DNA of 64,000 bases from Deltaproteobacteria bacterium. Lineage in GTDB: Bacteria; Desulfobacterota; GWC2-55-46. The stretch is taken from the NCBI GenBank assembly GCA_038043525.1, contig JBBTBW010000016.1, forward strand, positions 14,713 to 78,712, in the 5' to 3' direction. Below, one piece after another: positions 19,276 through 27,380 of the stretch. Each line of letters starts with the position of its first letter. Within the stretch, counting starts at the first letter, position 1. Below the pieces are notes generated by a model, which saw only the letters and a program-made list of their open reading frames with translations, did no database searches and was not told the DNA's origin. Position numbers and translations under genes: made by a program.

Positions 19276-19834
19276 TTTTATATGGATAGCTCTGTTCGGC
19301 ATAGGGCTCGTCATTGCCTACGCGCTCTTTTCGAACCTCTACATACCATCTTCGGTCCCTGATCGGCAGACGGAAGATATCTCATCCGATACAGGCGTTT
19401 TGACTGGTGATGAGCTTGCGGCCTTCGGCGAGGAGATTTATTCCGGCAAGGGCTCTTGCGGACTTTGCCACGACGCTGTCGGAGATAGAGCTCCTGCACT
19501 TGATTCTATCGCAGTGAGAGCCGCCGAAAGGCTTTTGGACCCCCGCTACAAGGGCAAGGCCACTGACGCCGTAGGGTATATCTACGAGTCTATGGCAGAC
19601 CCGTCTGCTTATGTCGTTAAGGGCTACGGGGTAGCAGGGACAGATGATGCGGTCAGTCCGATGCCGGGCGTGCTTGGAGGCCAGATAGAGCTTACCGAAG
19701 TAGAGGTGACGGCTGTCATCGCGTATCTTCAAAAGAGGGCAGGGGTCGAGGTTACGGCAGGTTCTGCCCAAGGACCACTCATGCAGGGAAACGCTCCTGC
19801 GCCTGATACAACCGGCCTGATAAAATCGAGATGA
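19265..19834 (+). CDS. membrane-anchored monoheme cytochrome c
   Basis: N-terminal TM anchor and a single CGLCH heme-binding motif. ATG at 19265 overlaps the upstream stop. Confidence 0.8.
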   Translation: MKNNFIWIALFGIGLVIAYALFSNLYIPSSVPDRQTEDISSDTGVLTGDELAAFGEEIYSGKGSCGLCHDAVGDRAPALDSIAVRAAERLLDPRYKGKATDAVGYIYESMADPSAYVVKGYGVAGTDDAVSPMPGVLGGQIELTEVEVTAVIAYLQKRAGVEVTAGSAQGPLMQGNAPAPDTTGLIKSR

Positions 19835-19838
19835 CCAG

Positions 19839-20609
19839 ATGAAGATAGGAAGATTATTACGGCTCGTTATATTGACGTCCCTGGCGTATCTGCTCTTTAA
19901 GATCCCGGGCATCATCCTCGGAAAGCCGATCCCGTCGTCCATCATACAGATGTATATGTTTTTTGTTATCGTGACGATACTCCTTGTCATGACCGCTACT
20001 GAGGATTCGGCCCAGAGGCTCTTTGGGCCGATAAAAGCCATTGCGAGCGGCCAGTCCCCTTCAATGAGGCGCATTCGCACGGCTCTGTTTTTTATCATGC
20101 CGCTCTTTGCAGCGTATCTGACCTATCTCTCCATGAGACCTTCGACAGACCCGCCCGTGGAGCTCCGCTCAGTGCATCCGGCGCCTCCGGCTCTGATGAC
20201 CGCCTACGAAAAGACCTTTGACCTCGCTCTTCTTGAAAACCCGTTCCGGCCTTTAGAGAAGGAGGACCCGCTTCTCTTTCGGTCGATTGTCGCCGAGGGC
20301 GGGGAGATATATTTCAAGAACTGTTTTTTCTGCCACGGGGACAAGCTTGACGGCAGAGGCCATTATGCAAGGGCTTTAAACCCGGCGCCTCTGCCATTCC
20401 AAGGTGGCGATACGATAGCGCAGCTCCAGGAATCGTATGTATTCTGGAGGATAGTCAAGGGCGGGCCGGGACTCCCTAAGGAGGCAGGGCCTGCTGTTTC
20501 TTCCATGCCCGCCTGGGAGGGGATGCTTACCGAAGAAGATGTCTGGAAGACGATGCTCTTTATATACGACTACACCGGCAATACGCCGAGATCATGGGTG
20601 AACAGGTGA
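19839..20609 (+). CDS. membrane-bound monoheme cytochrome c
   Basis: Three N-terminal hydrophobic helices then a CFFCH heme-binding motif in a C-terminal soluble domain. Confidence 0.8.
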   Translation: MKIGRLLRLVILTSLAYLLFKIPGIILGKPIPSSIIQMYMFFVIVTILLVMTATEDSAQRLFGPIKAIASGQSPSMRRIRTALFFIMPLFAAYLTYLSMRPSTDPPVELRSVHPAPPALMTAYEKTFDLALLENPFRPLEKEDPLLFRSIVAEGGEIYFKNCFFCHGDKLDGRGHYARALNPAPLPFQGGDTIAQLQESYVFWRIVKGGPGLPKEAGPAVSSMPAWEGMLTEEDVWKTMLFIYDYTGNTPRSWVNR

Positions 20610-20620
20610 AGGGCTATTCA

Positions 20621-22162
20621 ATGCGTCAGTTCATCTTGATATCGATATCTGCGGCTATCGGGTTGTTTTTTGCAGGCGGCTCGAATCTGAGCCATGCCGA
20701 CGAGGCTGTATCTCCGGCTGTAAGGGATGCCTACGTAAAGAGGTGCTCGTGGTGCCACGGCCTTGAAGGCGCCGGAGACGGCCCTGCATCAGGGTACTTA
20801 AACCCGGCGCCAAGGGACTTTACCCTTGGTATGTATAAGTGGAAGACGACGCCTTATGACGAGTACTCGCCGTCGGACGGAGATCTTGAGAGGATGATCG
20901 CAGGTAGATCAGAAGGCGGCTGGGACGGTCTGAAGGATACGTCCATGCCAGGCTGGTCGGATACCATCACAAGGCAGGAGATAAGGGATATCGGCGCCTA
21001 CATAAAGACCTTCGCCAGCCTCGGCCCGTCTGTCAACAAGGTGATAGAGCCGCCTTCAGGCATGAAGGGAGCGTCGAAGAATGTTCTCGAGCAAGGCAGG
21101 AAGCTCTTTCTCGACAGGTGCTCTGAATGCCACGGCGAGCTTGGCAGGGGAGACGGCACAAAGAGGCTCAAAGACGACTGGGGCGGGCGAACGTGGCCGA
21201 GGAACCTTACAAAGGATTGGACGTTCAGGGCAGGCAGTGATGTAAAGGATATCTACAGGAGGATCATGGCAGGCATCCCGGGCACACAGATGCCGAGTTT
21301 TGCCGACCCTCAGAGCAAAAAGAGGCTCTCTGATGAAGAGGCGTGGGCTGTAGCCTCGTACGTCAAAACGTTAAACGCGCCGCACAAGAGGCCTGTCGAG
21401 GGAGCCGTCATAAACGCCGTTAAGATAGACACCCCGGTGCCGACGAGCGTTGACGACGAAAGATGGGAGAAGGCGGCGTACGCGAGTTTTTATACACTTC
21501 CTCAGGTAATAGCCGGAGAGAGGCACTTCACCCCGACTATCAACTCGATGTCTGTAAAGGCTCTTTATAATGACATGGATATCGCCTTTCTTGTCGAATG
21601 GGACGATCCGACGCGCGGCGTGCCGGGAGATGTAAAGTCAATGGAGATCGCCGGAGGCGAGGTCTTTGTTGACGGGGCGGCGATGCAGTTCACTGTAAAG
21701 CCGTCAGGTACCCTGAGGCCGTATTTCGGGATGGGAGACGGAATGCACCCGGTGAATCTCTGGATGTGGCAGTCCGCAGAAGGGGCCGGGGCGGTGCGGC
21801 TTTTGAACGCCAGAGGGGTTAAGGAGATAGATGAGCGTGACGCGCCGATGGTCGGGCTTACTGCCTCTGGTGTGTATTCAAACGGCCAATGGAAAGCGAT
21901 TTTTACAAGGCCGCTTTTGACGGAAGACCCGTCTGTTGATATCCAGTTCAGCCCCGATACCTTCATCCCTGTCGCATTGTCAGCGTGGGACGGGTCAAAC
22001 AATGAGAAGGGCTCGAAGCACGTCTTGACGCAGTGGCAGTGGGTAAGGCTTGGCAGGGATGAGGGCGGGTCGCCTTACCTCTGGCCTGCTCTCGCAGGTG
22101 TAGCAGTGCTGGCGATAGAGCTTTTGTGGGTCCGCAGTGCGAGGAAGAGGCGGGAGGGGTAG
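20621..22162 (+). CDS. diheme cytochrome c fused to ethylbenzene-dehydrogenase-gamma-like (EB_dh) heme-b domain, C-terminal TM anchor
   Basis: Signal peptide (MRQFILISISAAIGLFFAGGSNLSHA), CSWCH and CSECH motifs. The C-terminal ~250 aa (YNDMDIAFLVEWDD...MQFTVKP...GMGDGMHPVNLWMWQ) resembles the EB_dh/NarH-gamma-like domain. Ends in a hydrophobic anchor. GAAGGG SD upstream of the ATG at 20621. Confidence 0.7.
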   Translation: MRQFILISISAAIGLFFAGGSNLSHADEAVSPAVRDAYVKRCSWCHGLEGAGDGPASGYLNPAPRDFTLGMYKWKTTPYDEYSPSDGDLERMIAGRSEGGWDGLKDTSMPGWSDTITRQEIRDIGAYIKTFASLGPSVNKVIEPPSGMKGASKNVLEQGRKLFLDRCSECHGELGRGDGTKRLKDDWGGRTWPRNLTKDWTFRAGSDVKDIYRRIMAGIPGTQMPSFADPQSKKRLSDEEAWAVASYVKTLNAPHKRPVEGAVINAVKIDTPVPTSVDDERWEKAAYASFYTLPQVIAGERHFTPTINSMSVKALYNDMDIAFLVEWDDPTRGVPGDVKSMEIAGGEVFVDGAAMQFTVKPSGTLRPYFGMGDGMHPVNLWMWQSAEGAGAVRLLNARGVKEIDERDAPMVGLTASGVYSNGQWKAIFTRPLLTEDPSVDIQFSPDTFIPVALSAWDGSNNEKGSKHVLTQWQWVRLGRDEGGSPYLWPALAGVAVLAIELLWVRSARKRREG

Positions 22163-22195
22163 CATCTGTAAGGCGCCTTTTGCGGTTTCAAGTTT

Positions 22196-22270
22196 ATAAC
22201 TTGAACCCAATGATCCGTAAAGGCGCATGCTAAATTCAAGGGGCAGGTTGTAAGCCTGCTCCTTGAAGAA
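22196..22270. repeat. left imperfect direct repeat flanking GmrSD insertion
   Basis: ACTTGAACCCAATGATCCGTAAAGGCGCATGCTAAATTCAAGGGGCAGGTTGTAAGCCTGCTCCTTGAAGAAG is ~80% identical to 24255-24328. Confidence 0.5.
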
Positions 22271-22368
22271 GTCTATAGATGCTGTGTTTGCGGCAGACCT
22301 CCTAGACAGGGAAGCTTACGGTTTTGCGGGTCTTAGAGGAAATGACAAGACGGGCATGAACGACTTCT

Positions 22369-24144
22369 TCATTGCTCGATAGCTTTTTCAAGATCAGCAA
22401 TTGGCAAGGTAATACCATAGGATGCCAACAACATAGTAAGCGTCTCTTTATGGTTCCTTTTTAGATCATCCAACGTCCAATTATTGAAGGTTTGTAAAAT
22501 TCTTACGGAGTTGCTAAAAAGTTCTACGTTTTTCTGAAAGTATCCTTCCCTTTTTTGCCGGTAATCCTGATTGCCTTGTGCGGTATTCTTCCTCCGAGAC
22601 AGGAGAATGAGATTGCCGAGCCTGTTAGTCCATTTGTCTCGCTCCGGTCCTGTAAAATCAGCAACCCATTGACTACTTGTATCCGGTGTCTGAGGAAGAA
22701 TATGCTCAATGCTTATTGTTTCAGGTGGTGAAAATTTAGTTGTGTGCCCATGATAGGCAAGATCGATCTTTAAAATGATATATCTAGCATAACCACGGCC
22801 ATAAATTGCCCCTGTGAGCGATCGAAGAATATCCTGAGTTTCCACTTTGAAAACGGGAGAAGCAAACAGGGCATTTTGATCGGCTGCACCTTCGATCTCT
22901 TTGAGGATGGCATTTGCATTTTCGATACGTTTTGTTGGTGCCAATCCAATTATCCAATCAGAAGAAAACTTCACGTCTAAAAGGTGCAAGAACTTGAGTA
23001 AGTTTTCCGTTTTATATTTTGCGTAATAGCATAGAAGGGGTGCAATCCAGTAATCAGCCTCAAAACCAATTCGCATCAGGGTAAGTTGGTTGTGAAGTTC
23101 GAAGCTGTTTGTCAAATTGTAAGTGTCATCTTCAAAAAGACTAAGGTAGTGCTTATAATGACTTTCGACAAATTCGAAAGTATCTTCCCCTTTTTTTAAT
23201 AGCGGAGTTTTATTGATATAGGTTTTCGTATTACGGTCAAATTCTTTTGGAGCGTAGATATTTTCCTCAAATTCTTTAAGAAGATTGTAGCCTGCTTTCT
23301 GTTTGACAAGCACGGTTCTGAGGTGAGAGAGAAAGTTGTCGAACTCTTCAGTAAAATATCCCTCAATATTCTCCCATGTTTTTGCATATTTGGTTCTGGT
23401 GTTGTTGTCTTTAATTCTGGCGAGGTTCTCTGCCTTAAGAATGTCGCTATTGCGTAGCTTGATGCCTCGGTTGTTCATAACTGTAAACAGATGAAAGGCA
23501 TCTTCAAGCTCTTCAGTCGCAACATAGATCATCAGAACGTTGGAGCGTAAAAACGGAAAGAACGTTTCCAGAGATTTGCCATTCTTGAAAAAGCCTCTAA
23601 TGGTCAGAATGGCATTGGCCATATTTCTGATGGACATGTCTTCATCGTTTTCTTGAGAAAGATGCTTTATTTCTTCGTCTTTGAGTGTACCTCCATCTGC
23701 CTTGACGTACTTATCAACAAAATTCTTCACTGTATCGCGGATATCAAAGACAATACGACTGCGCTCGGGAATATTGTCGTCGGGATTTGCCATCTGATAA
23801 ATAGTTTCCCGGCAGGTCTTGATCCGCGCCTTATTGTCTGCTGGTGTTAGATCACGAACCACAGCAGTTATCAGGAAGAGGGTTGTCAGCCGTTGTTGGC
23901 CGTCAAGAAGGTCATGCTCTTCGTATCTGATATTCCCATCCTGCTTATCCGATTTTTTTAATACCATAGAACCAAGAAAGTACTGAGACCTGGGGTTAGA
24001 TTGACTCGCACGATACACATCATCAAGCAATTCTACAACTTGATCAGCCTCCCAAACATATGGACGCTGGTATTCCGGGATGCGGTACCATTTCAGGAAA
24101 ACATCTTTTACGAAAAGTTTCTCACTTTTAATTTCAGGCGCCAT
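22369..24144 (-). CDS. GmrSD-family type IV restriction endonuclease (DUF262 + DUF1524)
   Basis: N-terminal DUF262/ParB-like motif (EYQRPYVW...DGQQRLTT), C-terminal His-Me/HNH-like DUF1524 (IEHILPQ...NLILLSRRKN). Gene body is conspicuously AT-rich. GAGGTGG SD upstream. Confidence 0.85.
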   Translation of the reverse strand: MAPEIKSEKLFVKDVFLKWYRIPEYQRPYVWEADQVVELLDDVYRASQSNPRSQYFLGSMVLKKSDKQDGNIRYEEHDLLDGQQRLTTLFLITAVVRDLTPADNKARIKTCRETIYQMANPDDNIPERSRIVFDIRDTVKNFVDKYVKADGGTLKDEEIKHLSQENDEDMSIRNMANAILTIRGFFKNGKSLETFFPFLRSNVLMIYVATEELEDAFHLFTVMNNRGIKLRNSDILKAENLARIKDNNTRTKYAKTWENIEGYFTEEFDNFLSHLRTVLVKQKAGYNLLKEFEENIYAPKEFDRNTKTYINKTPLLKKGEDTFEFVESHYKHYLSLFEDDTYNLTNSFELHNQLTLMRIGFEADYWIAPLLCYYAKYKTENLLKFLHLLDVKFSSDWIIGLAPTKRIENANAILKEIEGAADQNALFASPVFKVETQDILRSLTGAIYGRGYARYIILKIDLAYHGHTTKFSPPETISIEHILPQTPDTSSQWVADFTGPERDKWTNRLGNLILLSRRKNTAQGNQDYRQKREGYFQKNVELFSNSVRILQTFNNWTLDDLKRNHKETLTMLLASYGITLPIADLEKAIEQ

Positions 24145-24254
24145 TTACCACCTCGGTTTCTTAAATCATCAGACATCTGTGGACATCCGTGTCTGTGCAA
24201 TCCTTTTAGCATAATGTGGAATGTAAAGCAACCCCCTGTCGGATCAAAATCTGC

Positions 24255-24328
24255 GACTTGAACTGCATGATCAGGAAAGGCGTATGCGAAATCCAAGGAG
24301 CAGGTTGCAAGCTTGCTCTTGCGAAGAA
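24255..24328. repeat. right imperfect direct repeat flanking GmrSD insertion
   Basis: ACTTGAACTGCATGATCAGGAAAGGCGTATGCGAAATCCAAGGAGCAGGTTGCAAGCTTGCTCTTGCGAAGAA, paralogous to 22196-22270. Confidence 0.5.
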
Positions 24329-24334
24329 AACCGC

Positions 24335-24775
24335 TTGTTACTAACCCCACCCAGCCTCCCCTTGTGAGTAAGGGGAGGAGCAAAACCAAAACGGCCTTTG
24401 AATTTAGCCGCTGCTTTTAACAAAACCCGGGTCATGGCGTAGCGAGCCTGACTGAGAGACGTTGAGCAGGTTCTTGTATCTACTGCGAAACGGCTCGAAA
24501 GCGAAGCGAGCCATACCCAAAAGGAGCGCCGAAGCGCAAAGCAAGAGTCAGACCGATGTTTTTCGCAAAGGGGCGTTGTAAAGAAAATCATTCGGCGGGT
24601 GTGACCCGCCCTACCAGACTTGTATCTGCTGCGAAACGGCCGGACAGCGAAAGCGAAGCGAGCCATACCCAAAAGGCGCACGGAAGTGCAAAGCAGGAGT
24701 CAGGCAGATGTTTTTTGTAAGGGCAGTTCGAGCCATACCCAAAAGACGCGCAGAAGTGCAACTCAGCTCTTTGTC
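24335..24775. repeat. block of modular dispersed repeats (palindrome unit A, the TTTGAATTT module, and ~160-nt structured unit C ending in GATGTTTTT)
   Basis: Shares near-identical modules with 32960-33117 and 36965-37590. Example: 24400-24560 is ~90% identical to 37425-37585. No ORF of credible coding quality. Confidence 0.65.
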
Positions 24776-24957
24776 CTCGACCATACCCCGTAAAGAAGCA
24801 GGGCAGTGCCTGCAATGATGAATAGATAACTGACAGGCCCTATCTGCTCGCCTGACTTGATGGCGAGCAGGGAATTCAATCCGCCTGTGAATACAAGCGC
24901 GCACCCGATGAGGCTGCGGCCAGCTCGGTTGGCATTATAACCCTCGTTCCCCTTCAT
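24763..24957 (-). CDS. putative small two-helix membrane protein
   Basis: 64-aa ORF whose ATG directly follows the radical-SAM stop (TAG-ATG), with two hydrophobic segments. Its 3' end runs into the repeat block, so it is speculative. Confidence 0.3.
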   Translation of the reverse strand: MKGNEGYNANRAGRSLIGCALVFTGGLNSLLAIKSGEQIGPVSYLFIIAGTALLLYGVWSRTKS

Positions 24958-26184
24958 CTATCGGCCTGCCCGTTTTCTCAGTGTCGCCATGACCTCAGGC
25001 GTTATCTCGTTCAATCCCTTTGACCTAGCGTATGCCTCTACGCCCTTTTTTATCATCGATCTTAAAAATGAAGGCGCTTTGTCAAGGCGCTCCTGAGCCT
25101 CGGCCGTCCATCTCACAAATGTGCCGGTGATTTTCTCAGAGGCGTTTTTTGACGGAGTGTATACGCACCACGGGTCTTCGCCTGAGAGGCTGTTGCCTGA
25201 AGCAAAGGCGCGGGCCCTGCACCCTCCGCACGTCTCTTTGAATTCGCATCCGCCGCACCTGCCTTCTAGGTCGCGCTTCCTCATTGCTGTAAAGAGGGGG
25301 TCTTTCTCCCAGATATCTTTGAGGGATTTTTCTCCTATGGCAGGTCCTTCCGGTGAGGGAGGTATGTACGGGCACGGGGTGACACGCCCTTCCGGCGTTA
25401 TCCTCATATAACCCGTAGCGGCGATGCATCCGCTCGTGCCGCCTCTTGCCAGCGAGCCGTCAGGATTGATCCTGCCGGCAACTCTCACGATGTGCGGCGC
25501 GCATCTGGCCCTGACCATAACGCCTCCGGCCGTATCGTCTGCCTTTGCGATTTCTTCAAGGACGCCTTCGTATTCCGAAGGAGAGAGGTCGGTCATTTGC
25601 TGGCCTCTGCCTGTGCAGACAAGGAAGAATATGTTTACTCCAGTAGCACCCTTTTCACCGGCGAGCCGTATTACGTCCTTTAGCGACCCTCTGTTCTCTT
25701 TCGTCACTGTCAGGTGGAGTTGGAACGGAAGACCGCTTTCCTTCAGGTTGTCTATTCCTTTTATAGTCGAGAGCCATGCGCCTGGAACCCCTCTGAACCT
25801 GTCGTGTACTTCAGGGGCCGCGCTGTCAAGGCTTACGCCTACGCCTGCGACGTTTGCCTTTATGAGGCTCTCGATTGCGGAAGGGGTCAGGAGCGTGCCG
25901 TTTGTCCCGACTACGACCGAGAGGCCTTTTGATGAGGCGTATGAGGCTATCTCAGGAAGGTCCGGCCTTAAAAGCGGTTCCCCTCCCGTCATGATGACCA
26001 TGGCAGAGGGGTTTATCGAGGCTATCTCATCTACGATCCTGAGGGCTGATCTTGTATCGATGTCAGAGGCGCCTTCGAGCTCTACCGCGCCTAAGTAGCA
26101 GTGGACACACCTCAGGTTGCACCTCTTTGTCAGGTTCCATGAGACGAGAAATGGAGGCGTTGTCATCTCTGGTGTCTCTGGCAT
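24958..26184 (-). CDS. radical SAM/SPASM-domain protein with C-terminal PCP_red-like helical module
   Basis: CNLRCVHCY (CxxxCxxC), SPASM cysteines (CGGCEFKETCGGCRARAF), C-terminal W-TAEAQERLDKAPSFLRSMIKKGVEAYARSKGLNEITPEVM. Confidence 0.85.
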   Translation of the reverse strand: MPETPEMTTPPFLVSWNLTKRCNLRCVHCYLGAVELEGASDIDTRSALRIVDEIASINPSAMVIMTGGEPLLRPDLPEIASYASSKGLSVVVGTNGTLLTPSAIESLIKANVAGVGVSLDSAAPEVHDRFRGVPGAWLSTIKGIDNLKESGLPFQLHLTVTKENRGSLKDVIRLAGEKGATGVNIFFLVCTGRGQQMTDLSPSEYEGVLEEIAKADDTAGGVMVRARCAPHIVRVAGRINPDGSLARGGTSGCIAATGYMRITPEGRVTPCPYIPPSPEGPAIGEKSLKDIWEKDPLFTAMRKRDLEGRCGGCEFKETCGGCRARAFASGNSLSGEDPWCVYTPSKNASEKITGTFVRWTAEAQERLDKAPSFLRSMIKKGVEAYARSKGLNEITPEVMATLRKRAGR

Positions 26185-26186
26185 CC

Positions 26187-27380
26187 TTAGCCTTCCATAT
26201 TCTTTCTGATTTTGCGCATGAACGCCGGGCTTATGGTATTAACGCCGTCTTTCCTGGCGGCATCCTCGACCATGAGCCTGACGACACCCCTTGCGAACAG
26301 GGGGATAGAGTCGAGTATGGAGGTCGCATCTTTTTCCCATACGGGCGCGTCTCCTGTGGCGGTACCTGAGGCGGCTCTTTCCGCCTCTCCATCATATCTC
26401 CTTGACGAGATGAGCAGGTTGCAGCTTGTGCGCTGCAGGCTTCTTTCTGTGAGAGACCCGATATCAAGTGACGGGCTCTCATGCGCCCCGGTCTTTCCGA
26501 GGACGAAGAGAAAGGGGCGGGCCTCTTCGACGTGCCTTATCACCACGTCCGATGGCTTGCCTTCAAGCAGGGTCGTTTTTATGGTGACGGAGTTCTGCTT
26601 AGCTATCATGGAGGCTGTATCAAGGTGGTCCTGATATATGCGTCCGAGGCCCTTGTCTATGACCTCTTCATGGAGACGCTCCTGCTCTGAAAACCTGAAG
26701 AGCCTGCCTGCCTCGTCGGATAATACTCCTCCCAGAGAGCGGAAGGCGTGTCTATGGTAATCGGTGTCGTATGCGCTTATAGCCTCTATCTGCCCGCCGA
26801 ACGCTTTTGAGAGTTCGATTGCTGTTAGTAGCCCTCCGAATGAGCGAGTGGAGCCGTCTATTGCGACGATGATCGAGCCTGAACGGTCCGTATCCACCCT
26901 TGAGATGAGCGTGTCGCAAGGCGCCATCCTTGCCACCCTCGCGCATACGCTGCCGGTCTCGCTATCTCTCGTTTTGCCGAGCCCTGATGAGCCGATGACA
27001 AGAAGGTCGTATCCGCCGCTAGCGGCCTCTTTGATCAGTTCCTCGAAGTTTTTGCCCTCTCTGCTGATCGCATCGGCCTCGACGCCGAGGGTGCGGGCAG
27101 ATGTGAGGAATACGTCGTTATACGAATCAGAGATTATGCGCAGGCCCTTGGATATCAGTGTGTCGTGCACCTCTCTCTGGTCTTTCAGGCGGCTTGTGTC
27201 CTGATACTGGGGGGGCAGGCCTGCCTCCATCTGGCGGAACCTGTCGTTATGGAGGTTTGCCGCGTAGACGTGACAGCCCGTTGCCGCAGCTCCTTCAAAG
27301 CGGGCGATTGCCAGGCCGAGATCCGCGCCTGAGTTTGACTGTGCGGAGTTATCAAGACAGATGAGGATTTTTTTTAGCAT
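26187..27380 (-). CDS. tandem universal-stress-protein (UspA) domain protein with C-terminal PCP_red-like module
   Basis: Two UspA-like alpha/beta domains (ILICLDNS..., IIVAIDGS...) plus a C-terminal W-EKDATSILDSIPLFARGVVRLMVEDAARKDGVNTISPAFM, clearly paralogous to the C-terminus of the downstream radical-SAM protein. Stop lies 2 nt before the next gene's start. Confidence 0.8.
   Translation of the reverse strand: MLKKILICLDNSAQSNSGADLGLAIARFEGAAATGCHVYAANLHNDRFRQMEAGLPPQYQDTSRLKDQREVHDTLISKGLRIISDSYNDVFLTSARTLGVEADAISREGKNFEELIKEAASGGYDLLVIGSSGLGKTRDSETGSVCARVARMAPCDTLISRVDTDRSGSIIVAIDGSTRSFGGLLTAIELSKAFGGQIEAISAYDTDYHRHAFRSLGGVLSDEAGRLFRFSEQERLHEEVIDKGLGRIYQDHLDTASMIAKQNSVTIKTTLLEGKPSDVVIRHVEEARPFLFVLGKTGAHESPSLDIGSLTERSLQRTSCNLLISSRRYDGEAERAASGTATGDAPVWEKDATSILDSIPLFARGVVRLMVEDAARKDGVNTISPAFMRKIRKNMEG

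Noticed and set aside
22196-22270. Whether the left and right flanking repeats of the GmrSD gene are simply members of the dispersed repeat family
   Set aside because: I could not find their sequence (CAAGGRGCAGGTTGYAAGCYTGCTC) in the other repeat blocks at 2.0, 33.0 or 37.0 kb, so I treated them as insertion-specific direct repeats. Kept as a caveat in the finding.
24335-24775. Possible CRISPR array, given the many short repeats in an ~800-bp non-coding block next to a defence gene
   Set aside because: Units are heterogeneous modules (palindromes, a 160-nt unit), not a single 24-48-nt direct repeat at regular spacing with unique spacers. No cas genes are present.
25424-26098. 224-aa plus-strand ORF inside the radical SAM gene
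   Set aside because: Antisense to a gene with intact CxxxCxxC/SPASM motifs; Ser/Pro/Thr-rich composition with no motif.
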